From Oikopleura dioica (lineage: Eukaryota > Animalia > Chordata), in NCBI GenBank assembly GCA_907165135.1, contig OU015568.1, forward strand, positions 8,246,001 to 8,310,000: DNA of 64,000 nucleotides, written 5' to 3'. The notes under the pieces are model-generated. The model worked only from the letters and a program-made list of their open reading frames with translations. It was not told the origin of the DNA and searched no databases. A program made the position numbers and the translations under genes. This document shows positions 52,622 through 62,330 of the stretch, one piece after another; the stretch's first letter is position 1, and each line of letters begins with the position of its first letter.

Positions 52622-53167
52622 ATGCCTTTTTATCCATCAGAGCGAGCTGATCTTGAAGCGCTTCGAAAAGAATATGGAGGAACTTACCTTCCTCTCGCCG
52701 AAGAGGAGCTCGATTTTTTCCGACAAACCGAGAGAGTTGGTCAGCTTCACAACAGGCTAATCATACCTCCTCCGAAACCTGGGCGAATCGTTGAAACTGC
52801 TCATTTGAGATTACTCTTAAATAAAAATTTTGATTTGAACAGCCTCATCGAAGACATCTTCGATGTGATTTCTCCAGTATTTCGAATCAAAATTGATTTC
52901 GGTTTTCTCATGGAAAATATTTTGACTGAAGATCCAGATTCCCGCTACCGATTTCACTGGCCTCAAATATCAACTGGACTTCCGATCGAGCCACACTTGA
53001 TTAAAGACAAATTTTCCAAGAAAGCCTTTCTTGAAAATATTCCAAGCTGGTCCGAAATTCCTCAAATGGTCGAGATCGAGCACGAGAATCAATCAAGCTT
53101 CAGAAAGAGCGGGTTCAATCTGACTAAACTTCTCACCTGCAGCGTCTACGTTACAAAGATGAAATGA
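52622..53167 (+). CDS. Hypothetical protein (181 aa) downstream of pPolB
   Basis: Clean ATG ORF containing FRIKIDFGFLMEN..RYRF. Confidence 0.7.
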   Translation: MPFYPSERADLEALRKEYGGTYLPLAEEELDFFRQTERVGQLHNRLIIPPPKPGRIVETAHLRLLLNKNFDLNSLIEDIFDVISPVFRIKIDFGFLMENILTEDPDSRYRFHWPQISTGLPIEPHLIKDKFSKKAFLENIPSWSEIPQMVEIEHENQSSFRKSGFNLTKLLTCSVYVTKMK

Positions 53168-53712
53168 AACCAAGACGCAGCGGGACTCTCAGTGTGACCT
53201 TGTTTCTACTCTGCGCGCCCTCTTTTGGATACTCTACTCGATTTAACATCTCAAATTTCTTAATTCTCATCAAATCCAAAAAATGAAACTCAAATTTTTA
53301 TATCTATCATTATGATCGCTTCTGCAAAAATGGAAATTGAATTCTAAAATGAAACACTATCATTAAAAACATTGTTGTTATCACTTCGGGATATAATTCT
53401 TATCAAATGAAAACTGTTTTGACAACTTCGTCTTCTGTATCAACCGCTTTCTTAAAATGAAACAGTATATTTTTTAATCGTTATTGTCATTGGCTTACCG
53501 AATACATTCCAAATTTCTGAAATCTCTTTGCTTTGATTGCATAAAAAAAAACGCTTAATACAATTTATATTTTCACCAAATTTTATTTTCACCAGATAGA
53601 AATTGAGTAGAAAAAACAAAGAAGTATGAAAGATCAGAAATTTTTAGGAGCAGAAATTTTGAGAAGCAGAAACAGAAAAGAGCCGAAATTGAAAAAGCTT
53701 GCATTTGATTAT

Positions 53713-54264
53713 TCAGAGGCTCCGAGACTTTTTTGGTGGTGGAACAGCTTGGTAGTCCTCGTTGATGTAAATCGTTCCTGTTTGCTCGGGCTGCGTTAGA
53801 ACATCATCGTCGGGAGTTGTACGCAAGTTCCATCCAAGAACGGACGGAGATTGGAAGACATTTTCTTGACCGCAGATGGGACAGTCATGAGATGGCTCTT
53901 CTTCAGGTTGGAATGGCATAGTGTACCTGAAAATGTACGCTTTTGGCTCATTTCTCATCTGTTCAGAGAGTGTTTGAAGAGCCTCGCGTTCGATCTCGAT
54001 CAGTAGCTGCTTCTTGGTGTGGCGAAACTCGAGCAGGTGAAGGAACTCGACTTCGAGCTGATGTTTAGTTGAAACAGGCAGACGGAGCTCAATTTCTTCT
54101 CCTGAGAATCCATCAGGAAAAAATTTATCGTCATTCGAGATCACTGAAGCGTCGATGTAGAAAACTCCTCCTTTATTGGCGGTGTGAAAATCAAAGTCTT
54201 TGATTGTAACGATCATTTTGCGAATGAGAGAAGAATCGATTTTGCTCCTGAAGTTCAAATGCAC
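53713..54264 (-). CDS. Tandem paralog A (unknown beta-rich domain plus CxxC)
   Basis: MIVTIKDFDF..GGVFYID..EIELR..EFLHLLEF..CPIC. Confidence 0.7.
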   Translation of the reverse strand: MHLNFRSKIDSSLIRKMIVTIKDFDFHTANKGGVFYIDASVISNDDKFFPDGFSGEEIELRLPVSTKHQLEVEFLHLLEFRHTKKQLLIEIEREALQTLSEQMRNEPKAYIFRYTMPFQPEEEPSHDCPICGQENVFQSPSVLGWNLRTTPDDDVLTQPEQTGTIYINEDYQAVPPPKKSRSL

Positions 54265-54504
54265 TGGTTAACCAGTGCTCTTTTCCTAGCCTTGACACCG
54301 CTTCTACGCTTCCTTTGTTTATAAATAAAAGATCCTGCTTCAAAAAACTACAAAAAGATTTATCACCGACATTTATTTTCACCGAAAAATATTTACAAAG
54401 GAAAGCACGACAAAATAAAAGTAAAGTAGAGCAAGCACCACAGTTTATCTAAGAAAGTATAGAAAAGCAAAGCACCACAAGAAAAGACAGTTTCATTTGA
54501 AGAT

Positions 54505-54960
54505 TCAATGATTATACTTTGTCACCTTCCATTCTTCAAGCTTGAATATTGGTGATCCACAGTTTGAACAATCCTCTGGAGGAGTCTGCTCGAGTTGCAT
54601 CGGGAAGTTGTATTGAAACGTCCAGCAACCAAAAATTGCTTCCCCTTTTTTTCCCTCGGAAGTGAGCACTTTTTCAAGAAGAATTATTGGTACGGGCTTT
54701 TTTGAGTGACAAAATTCCAAAAGCTGAAGGAATTCCGTCTCAACCTCTTGTTTTGTCGAGACTGTTATCCGGAGATCAAGCTCTGCTGCTGGGAATCCAC
54801 CAGGAAAGTGAACGTCGATAAGCGGCATGCACATGGCATCAATGTGAAAAACTCCTCCACAACCTTTATGCTCAAAGTCGAAGGCTTCAATTTGAACCAT
54901 AAAATCAGCTGAGGAGACTTCGGAACATCGGAACATTTTTTTTGTTGAGAATGAGATCAA
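54505..54960 (-). CDS. Tandem paralog B
   Basis: MVQIEAFDF..GGVFHID..ELDLR..EFLQLLEF..CSNC. Confidence 0.7.
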   Translation of the reverse strand: MISFSTKKMFRCSEVSSADFMVQIEAFDFEHKGCGGVFHIDAMCMPLIDVHFPGGFPAAELDLRITVSTKQEVETEFLQLLEFCHSKKPVPIILLEKVLTSEGKKGEAIFGCWTFQYNFPMQLEQTPPEDCSNCGSPIFKLEEWKVTKYNH

Positions 54961-55159
54961 CTAAGAATTCTTCTATGAGGTTCAAAAGCGCTGGATACTC
55001 AGTGCCTGCTTTTGACCACTGATTCTACTCGAGCGGAACTTCGCGTCTTGAATGTTTATAAATAAAGGAACCTGCTTGAAAGAACGACAAGGAAATAAAA
55101 AAAACACCAAATTTTATTACTCGAGTAAAGAAGCAGAAAACGATCAGAAAAGGAAAAGA

Positions 55160-55750
55160 TTAGATGTCCATTTGTTGCTCGGAAGCTGGCTGAATCGGAG
55201 TTGGTTGTTCGTAAGCTGGCTGAATCGGCTGAATCGGAGTTGGCTGGATTGGAGTTGGCTGAATGGGAGTTGGCTGGATGAGAGTTGGCTTGATAGGAGT
55301 TGGCTGAATCAGAGTTGGCTGAAGCGGAGTTGGCTGGATCGGAGTTGGCTGGATCGGAGTTGGCTTGATCGGAGTTGGCTGAATGGGAGAAAGCGGAGCC
55401 GGAGTTGGCTGAATGGGAGAAAGCTGGGTCGGAGTTGACTGAGTCGGAAGTCGACTGAATCGGAAAGTGTAGGAAGCGGGGATATTGTGCTCTCTTTCCC
55501 AGTCGGATTGCTTTGACTCGGAAGTAAGGTTGACGGACGCAGGTTGATGAGATTCTGTGAAGGAAAGAAGAGTAGCGAACGTTTCAGAAATTTCAGCTGC
55601 AGTCCTTTCATACATTCTCAAGTTGATTTCTGAAGCAGGTTGGGTATAGTCAAAATGACTCTCAAAGCCTGGGATAAAAGTTCCCTTGACTTTGAAAAAT
55701 CCGCCTCCGTTGTGTGATCGAAAAGTGAAAGATTTAATCGTGACAAACAT
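55160..55750 (-). CDS. Tandem paralog C with (IQPTP)n tail
   Basis: MFVTIKSFTF..GGGFFKV..EINLR..TFATLLSF; 15-bp unit repeats at ~55180-55445. Confidence 0.7.
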   Translation of the reverse strand: MFVTIKSFTFRSHNGGGFFKVKGTFIPGFESHFDYTQPASEINLRMYERTAAEISETFATLLSFTESHQPASVNLTSESKQSDWEREHNIPASYTFRFSRLPTQSTPTQLSPIQPTPAPLSPIQPTPIKPTPIQPTPIQPTPLQPTLIQPTPIKPTLIQPTPIQPTPIQPTPIQPIQPAYEQPTPIQPASEQQMDI

Positions 55751-55851
55751 CTTTTTGAGAATGACGAAAATGACAAAATCAAGTCCAGAAGTGCTAAAGC
55801 ACTGGTTAGTCAGTGCATCTTTTATAACCAGTGATTCTTTTATGTTTACCT

Positions 55852-57162
55852 TTACAATAGCGTTTTTTCGACTTGTTTATGTTCGTCAATCGTAAGTTTG
55901 ACAGACACAATTGACCATATAACAATGTGATAGTCATCGTCGTCATCTAGTGGTTTGTTGAAATCGAATGTGAAGGAGAGCCATCCTTGTGATATTTCCT
56001 CGCCCTCAAATTCATGAGCGAAAATTGCATTGCTCTTGTACGCATCCATGGATGTCACATAAGACAAGTTGCTTTGAGAGATTCTTCCAAGAGCATTTTG
56101 AAATTTCCAATAAGGGAGAATTGGATACTGATTCGTGATTTTCTAGAAACATGATAAATTTTTTTTATTCTTCTATGTTATCTTACCTGAGGATATCCAT
56201 GGAGCGACTGCCCATTTAATGTGACGTTTATTTGAGTAAGATCCTGATGAAAACTGAAATTTGTGGACTCAAAAGCATCCGATCCAAACAAGGCATCTGT
56301 TTTGATGAGTCCAAAGAACATGTACGCGGGTGTATTTCCACCAGTAACATTGAGCAGCTGAACTTGCTTACGACCTTTTGGTAAAGCCATTGTCTTTATC
56401 ATAGTGTCATTGAATTTGTAGGAGATCGGTTTTGATTTGATTCTCGCAAAATGATTTCTCAAGCTTGTAGAGGACACATATTCAACCATTGCATAGGCAT
56501 CTGTTATTTTGAGAGCTTCTCCAGCCGGCAACTTATCATTTGGGTCGCTTCCAATAAAAATTGTAGAGAACTCATGCTTTAGACGGTAGAGCGTCAGTGA
56601 TAGATCAGTGTTGAGAGGAAGAGGTTTATTTTCAAGGAAGAATCCGTGAGTAGGTAAGAAGATGAGTTCGTAAACATAATTCCCATCGGAGTTGACAAAG
56701 CAGCCTGGTCTCCTACCGTCTCTGATTTCTTCCTTAGCCGCATCTGTCGCAAGTGTCTCAAAATTGTACTCGTCATAGTACCCTTCGATCTGGAAAGCAG
56801 TCATCACATATTGAGGATCGTAGTTTGTCAGCTTTGTCAAATAATCAGCTAGCATATAATGCGCGCTAAGAGAAAAAGTAAGGCTAATCTATGAACAAAA
56901 ACTCTTACTTTGAATTGGAGTTATCAATTATCTGAGAATTCACGGCAACTTCTGTTTTTCCAAACTGTTTGCTTGCGAATCCATTGCAGGGGATGTAGTT
57001 CTTGTCAAGTTCGATCGTGAAATGAATCGCAATGTTGTTTTTGACGAGAAAAAGGTTTGGATCAGCATCGAAGTGGAAATGAAGACGTCCGGTTAAACTA
57101 TCTACCTCTCTGGGATAGTGACGCTTTACGACTTTCTGGTCGTAGTACTCAACTTCTATCAT
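55852..57162 (-). CDS. MCP: Major capsid protein (double jelly-roll type), 407 aa, 3 exons
   Basis: Introns 56143-56186 and 56866-56908 restore frame; Maverick-capsid-like YMLADYLTKLTNY..EGYYD, LPLNTDLSLTLYR, TPAYMFFGL..F; position next to protease. Confidence 0.75.
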
Positions 57163-57213
57163 AGTTTCAGTCTAAACAAGTAAAGATTGAAGATCGTTTT
57201 TCACCAATTTTAA

Positions 57214-57633
57214 TCACCAAATTTGAGAGAGTTTGTCAAAAAGAAGTTGATCGTTCTCAGTAAGATTTTTAGAAAAAATAGAGGAAAGTTTTTTCATAGA
57301 ATAAAGAGAGCGAAAGATAACATAGAAACAGACGTAGAAACCACAGTAAAATGACGCATCTGATTGAATTTTTTTATAAAAATATTTTTTACGATCACCG
57401 AAAAAGTCGGTTAATTCTTTTGGATATTTTCCTAATTTCAAACTATCAAAAATCTCGATTTTTGACTTTTCAATACGAAGTGCTATCCAGTGAGAACCTT
57501 TTGACTTTTCCGGTGAAAGATTAACAACGAGAAAAGCAGGATATTCATTAAGAGTGGAAAGAGTATCAATAGAGAAAACACCAAGGAAATTTTGTACACG
57601 TTCTAAACGTTTAGCAATATAGTAAGAGTTCAT
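57214..57633 (-). CDS. PRO: Adenain-like (clan CE) maturation protease, 139 aa
   Basis: VVNLSP..GSHWIAL..IFDSL..IQS..YCGFYV (H, D, Q, C catalytic order). Confidence 0.88.
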   Translation of the reverse strand: MNSYYIAKRLERVQNFLGVFSIDTLSTLNEYPAFLVVNLSPEKSKGSHWIALRIEKSKIEIFDSLKLGKYPKELTDFFGDRKKYFYKKIQSDASFYCGFYVCFYVIFRSLYSMKKLSSIFSKNLTENDQLLFDKLSQIW

Positions 57634-57845
57634 GCTCTTTTCTTTTTGGACGACTTCTTTGACTTTTTCAAGTCTTTTGTTGTAAAATTTCTTTTTTTCT
57701 TTGGTTTTGAGGAAGGTTTTTTTCTTGCTGGAGTAAGTTTTAATTTGGTTGGAGCTTTTTTTGATTTTCTTTTTCCTGCGCCCGACTGAGATTTGGGAAA
57801 CCATTTTTTTGGTCGACTTTCGAGCGCGGAAATAATGGTTTTCAT
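57630..57845 (-). CDS. Small lysine-rich putative core/DNA-condensing protein (71 aa)
   Basis: Very K-rich; QSGAG motif; ATGA overlaps with both neighbours. Confidence 0.6.
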   Translation of the reverse strand: MKTIISALESRPKKWFPKSQSGAGKRKSKKAPTKLKLTPARKKPSSKPKKKRNFTTKDLKKSKKSSKKKRA

Positions 57846-58207
57846 TCTCTTGTTGTAATCTGGATCTGCAGAGAAAATTGTTGGACAACGTGTTCACTTT
57901 CTAAGTCGATTGAAAATGTCGTATCCCGCCAGTTATATACGTTTAAAGGGAAGAAAAGGGAGCGTTGGTCGGAAAAATGGCACCACCTATCGTTTGGACG
58001 GATTTGACCCATCATGAGCGTATTCGGTTCTCCATAGCAAGAAGCAATTGAGTTACACGTTATGAAAGCAATGCCAACGTCACGTGGAGTGGTCATAAGA
58101 TTACAGACAGCGCTTACAATTTGAACACAGTATTCTTCGTTGTTATCAAATAAAATTTCAGGGACTTTTAGTTCCTTGCTTCTTGTTCCGAAAAGATTCA
58201 ATATCAT
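57842..58207 (-). CDS. Probable minor capsid (penton-like) protein, ~121 aa
   Basis: Position between integrase and protease; alternating hydrophobic beta pattern (YCVQIVSA, FITCNSI, FFPLN, FSIDL, LQIQI); short for a penton. Confidence 0.45.
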   Translation of the reverse strand: MILNLFGTRSKELKVPEILFDNNEEYCVQIVSAVCNLMTTPRDVGIAFITCNSIASCYGEPNTLMMGQIRPNDRWCHFSDQRSLFFPLNVYNWRDTTFSIDLESEHVVQQFSLQIQITTRE

Positions 58208-59474
58208 TGGCGACAAGATTGAGTTCGAAATAATACTTGATTCGAGGTTGACGATTTCCTTCTTCGTCAGCAATTTTATACCAAACTATACCAGCTCTTT
58301 GACGGATGTCCGTGATGATGTAAACTTCGTCTGACCAATTTTGCGTGTATCCTTTTTCGAAAAGTTCTTTTTTCTTTTTTACTCTCACAACGTTGCCAAC
58401 TTTTAGTCTGGGCTTGACTTTTAAGTCAATGTCGGGATATAGTCGAGTGAAAACCTGTGCTCTATTTTTTGATGAGACTTGGTTTGGAGCCATGCCAATT
58501 GAACGATGAGGAGTTGAATTATATCCTTTTGTTATAGCCGGAAGAACATCGATCCAAGTTTTAGTCCTGTTTCTTTTCATGAAAAGATGTATACGTTTTC
58601 TGAAAGTTTGAATCGCACGTTCTGCTATCGCTGCCTTCATTTTACTTTTGATACTATAGTGATGCAGTCCATATCGATCCAGAATTTTGCGCACATTTGA
58701 GTTGTAGAATTCCAGACCTTCATCTGTAATCAAAGAATTCGGCCACTCAATAAAATCTTGAAATATGTCGTTGAGAGCGTTTGCCACATCCTTCCCAGAT
58801 TTGGTTTTGAGAGGTCTTGTCCAAACATAACGTGAAAAACAGTCGATAATGAGAAGAATAAAAACGTGATGTCGATTAGAGTATTTGAATTTTTGGTAGT
58901 CAATAAGATCACCCTGGAATATTTTGAATGCAGTGTCAACAATAAATCGTCGACGAGGAAATCGCTTTTTGGATATGCGACGATGAGTACTAGACACTTT
59001 ATTCTTCCGGAGAAATTCCGCTACTTTCGCTGAGAATGCTGGAGCGCTTGCCACGTTTTCGTACAGGGCTTGAATCTGATCCTCCAGAGCTGACTTCTTC
59101 GGAGGTTGGACTTTCGGATGAGCTTGAATTTCTTCTTCGCTTCGATTTTTTTGATTTTGAATCGACTTCGTCTGAGCTGATGTTTTCGCTATCTGATTCG
59201 CTTGAGGTTGAAGGACGTCTTCGCTTACTCTTTTTTGATTTTGATTTCTCTTCCTCGTCGGTTTCCGAAGACGCTTCGCTTGAGGTTGAATGTCGTCTTC
59301 GCTTCTTTGCTTTCCTTTTTGATTTCTTGTCGTTACTCGACTTCTTGTTTCGCTTTCTGGATCTTGACCTTTCAACCTCCGACTCTGACGAGTCTTCGGT
59401 AAAACTGTCGCATCTGATCTTTGATTTGACTCTTGTTGACTCAATAGTTTTGCACTCCGGGTATTTCTTCTCAT
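58158..59474 (-). CDS. INT: Retroviral-like (rve) integrase of Maverick type
   Basis: FQGDLID, IDCFSRY, LITDEGLEF, KAAIAER, YNSTPHRSIGMAP; no C-terminal chromodomain evident. Confidence 0.93.
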   Translation of the reverse strand: MRRNTRSAKLLSQQESNQRSDATVLPKTRQSRRLKGQDPESETRSRVTTRNQKGKQRSEDDIQPQAKRLRKPTRKRNQNQKRVSEDVLQPQANQIAKTSAQTKSIQNQKNRSEEEIQAHPKVQPPKKSALEDQIQALYENVASAPAFSAKVAEFLRKNKVSSTHRRISKKRFPRRRFIVDTAFKIFQGDLIDYQKFKYSNRHHVFILLIIDCFSRYVWTRPLKTKSGKDVANALNDIFQDFIEWPNSLITDEGLEFYNSNVRKILDRYGLHHYSIKSKMKAAIAERAIQTFRKRIHLFMKRNRTKTWIDVLPAITKGYNSTPHRSIGMAPNQVSSKNRAQVFTRLYPDIDLKVKPRLKVGNVVRVKKKKELFEKGYTQNWSDEVYIITDIRQRAGIVWYKIADEEGNRQPRIKYYFELNLVANDIESFRNKKQGTKSP

Positions 59475-60225
59475 GTTTCTTTTCGACTGCTTCGAAAGTA
59501 TTGTCTCTGGCGATAATATCGAAATTCTGCTTGAAATCGTTGTATGGTACGATGCAGGCCTTCATTCCGCTAACTGAGAAAACAACCGGATAATCGGTGA
59601 ATATATCTGTATAGAGACGATAGCTCGAGGCATGGCCTCGGGGTGATTGATCCAGAAACATGTACGGATATTGTTTGTTCTTGTTTTCTTCCGTTGCTCT
59701 TTTGTAAGCTTTTAGAAGTCCAGCTTGACTACATGCACGTTTATTAACTGTCCCATCAAGACAGTTTCTGCATAGAAAGGTAGCGTTGCAGTTGAGCTTG
59801 ATGTTTCTCCCGAATTTTCCTTGAGCATAGTTATTTTGCGTCATTATCATCACATTTAAATTCCGCTTCCCACTTGTCACTCGAAACAGATGATCGATCG
59901 CTTGACTTTGAATCGCTTCTTCATATAAATCATCGAGTACAATTGTTGAATGTGACGGAATCTCGTCAATTTCCTCTTGAGAAGGAAGTCCAACCCTGTA
60001 GCTTACAGGGACACAAAGATCATCCCACTTCACTGGTTTTTCTTCCAAAAAACAAGGATAATAATAGAAAACTCGTTTAGTCTTCTTTTGAAATAGATGT
60101 CTGTTCAAAAGAACTTGTTTTGCGATATAAGTTTTTCCTGCTCCAGAAGATCCACTGAGCAAAATACGAAAAGGATATGTGAAGGTTGCGTCTGGTAGAA
60201 GTTCTCCATTGATAACGGTGCTCAT
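58999..60225 (-). CDS. A32-like DNA packaging ATPase with long R/K/S-rich tail
   Basis: GSSGAGKT, IVLDD, IMTQN..RNIKLN, YMFLD. Confidence 0.9.
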   Translation of the reverse strand: MSTVINGELLPDATFTYPFRILLSGSSGAGKTYIAKQVLLNRHLFQKKTKRVFYYYPCFLEEKPVKWDDLCVPVSYRVGLPSQEEIDEIPSHSTIVLDDLYEEAIQSQAIDHLFRVTSGKRNLNVMIMTQNNYAQGKFGRNIKLNCNATFLCRNCLDGTVNKRACSQAGLLKAYKRATEENKNKQYPYMFLDQSPRGHASSYRLYTDIFTDYPVVFSVSGMKACIVPYNDFKQNFDIIARDNTFEAVEKKHEKKYPECKTIESTRVKSKIRCDSFTEDSSESEVERSRSRKRNKKSSNDKKSKRKAKKRRRHSTSSEASSETDEEEKSKSKKSKRRRPSTSSESDSENISSDEVDSKSKKSKRRRNSSSSESPTSEEVSSGGSDSSPVRKRGKRSSILSESSGISPEE

Positions 60226-60449
60226 TTCTCTTTTGCTTCAATTTTCTTTTGCTCATCCTTTTTATTTATCAAAAGAAAGCATTGGATCGGAACTGAAAAT
60301 AATCAAATCTTAAATTTTATTCTCATATCGTAACGGATACACAACGGAAGTTGTTGATGACATATTAATAAACACTGAACTTCCGAGTTTATATTTATAA
60401 ATACCGGAAATAAGTATTTATTCACCATCGAAGACTCGATGGCGAGAAC

Positions 60450-61352
60450 ATGGAGGTGGACCCCGGTCATGAGTCCGACGGCGAGCTTCCTGACGAGGGG
60501 CCAATTGAGGACCCTCTTGTTCCTCCTGAGGACGAAGATGACGAGGCCGAGGACGACGATGTTCGTGAGGTCATCGACGATCGTGAGGACGACGACGTTC
60601 ATGAGGTCGTCGAGGAACCCATCGAAGTCGCCCCCTGGGATCTAGTTGACCCCGACTTTTTGTCAAACAAGCACCTTGCGGATCGAGGATTCATAAATAA
60701 GGGAGAGAAAGCCGGCGAAGCGGAGCATCTTGCTTACTCTACGTGTTGGTTGTCTGCAGCCGGTATGTGTATCTTTGTTCGAAATTTGCGAACGCCGTTC
60801 GTAATCTTGTGAACGCCGTTCGCAACGGAGAAAATCTTACCATGAGTGTTCGTTTCAAGCATTTTCTGGTATAAAACTCATTTGGTTGACAGGAGCAGTG
60901 TTTCTCTAGCGCTCGGACACGTGATGAAAAAAGTTGTGAACGATTATTGGTCAAAATTTTCTCCTTGTGAACGGTGTTTACAAGATAACGAACGGCGTTC
61001 GCAAGTTGTGAACGAAGCCGCTTGCTCCCTTAAAAATAACTGAACTCGTATTTAAGTGAATCTTCTTCTCATTGCAGGCTGTATTCGAAAGCTGAAGCCG
61101 GCCAACTGTCTCATCGCAGAGATGCAAAAACTGACATTTGTCAACAGTAAGTCTTTTTTTTTTATTCCGCGACGCATATTTAACAACCTGCTAAGCGGTT
61201 CAAGCACTCGATGATGTCGTCAAGGAAACAAAAAGGTTACTCTGGGAGAGCGGTTTTAGATGGACTAAAACTGGACTCGGAGTAACCGAAGGTCTACGAG
61301 GGTTATTGAAAAATTTTTCCGAAAGGTGTGGTTCATTAATAAAAATATCTTA
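60450..61352 (+). CDS. Acidic hypothetical protein, multi-exon (may extend to ~62170)
   Basis: D/E-rich exon 1; in-frame GT-AG joins at ~60763-61077 and ~61147-61195. Confidence 0.45.
60772..61020. repeat. Small inverted-repeat (MITE-like) insert in an intron
   Basis: ttgcgaacgccgttcgtaatcttgt and reverse complement acaagataacgaacggcgttcgcaa; arms extend ~55 bp imperfectly. Confidence 0.55.
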
Positions 61353-62330
61353 ATCAAATTCTCAATATGAAATCTTTTATCGTTAGAAGAAAGATTCTTA
61401 ATCAAATGAACAATGAGTATTTTTTCAAATAAGAACCCCAAATAAGTGACGGTGAAAATAAGCAGAAGATCTTGGAAGATTTTCGTTGTTGCGAGTCTTG
61501 CATGGTAATTCGCCCTTTTTTTTTTCTTGTTCTAAGATTTTTAGGAGCCCTTCTTCTGTGAAATTTTCATTGAAGACGCCTTGGACAGCAAAGATATAAA
61601 TTTGCAAGAAATAGTCGCGAAGGGAGAATGCCTCCTGTGTGGCAATGAGGAAATACGACCGGCAGAATATTTATTCCTTGTCGTGAACGGAAGGAAACGC
61701 ATGAGATATATATATATATTTTTTTTTTTTGCAAATATGAACGCTTATATAATATGCCAAAAAGATATTTTGAGGAGAATGGACGATGGGTGCAGCGAAA
61801 AGATGTGGTGAAGGGCGATTCAATTCGCCTGATGGGTCATGATTACAAAATGATTGGTAAGAGAGATTATATATTCGGAACATTTTTATTGATTTAGCAA
61901 AAAGCACGTATAAAATGCAAAAAAATCAGGAAGCTCACACTTATGTTGACTTCCAGGTGGGCTTAAAATAATATCGCACGAGTTTTATCTTCATAGCCTT
62001 CTTTATTATTTTTACGTGAAATTATTCAAGCCAACATAAGAAAAAAAAGAAAAAAAGAGCGCGAAAACTTCTGGCTCGAAGACTGGATGACTATCTCCGC
62101 TCGACGGACGTCACGTGGGAGCCATCTTCTGAGGATCACGTCCTACTACTCTCCCGAGCGCGAATTCAAGATTGAGAGATTTATTTTTATATTTACTTAT
62201 TTGGTGACTGAAGTTTTTATCTAAATATTTATTTATTTGGTGACTGAAGTTTTTATCTAAATATTTATTTGTTTATAATAAATTATATATTTTCACTTAT
62301 AATAAAACAAGACTGATTTAAACCGGAAGT

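Noticed and set aside
53240-53520. Recurring AAAATGAAAC starts suggesting a small-peptide array
   Set aside because: ORFs are tiny and dissimilar; more likely the AT-rich convergent terminator region
55052-55438. Plus-strand ORF with SWLDR/SWLN repeats resembling pentapeptide-repeat proteins
   Set aside because: Antisense shadow of the IQPTP repeat in paralog C, whose N-terminus aligns with two neighbours
57634-57897. Long basic N-terminal extension on the protease (ORF 57214-57897)
   Set aside because: Begins at a non-ATG codon; better explained by a protease ATG at 57633 and a separate overlapping basic ORF
59036-59593. Plus-strand 185-aa ORF opposite the ATPase/integrase overlap
   Set aside because: Low-complexity antisense frame with no independent support
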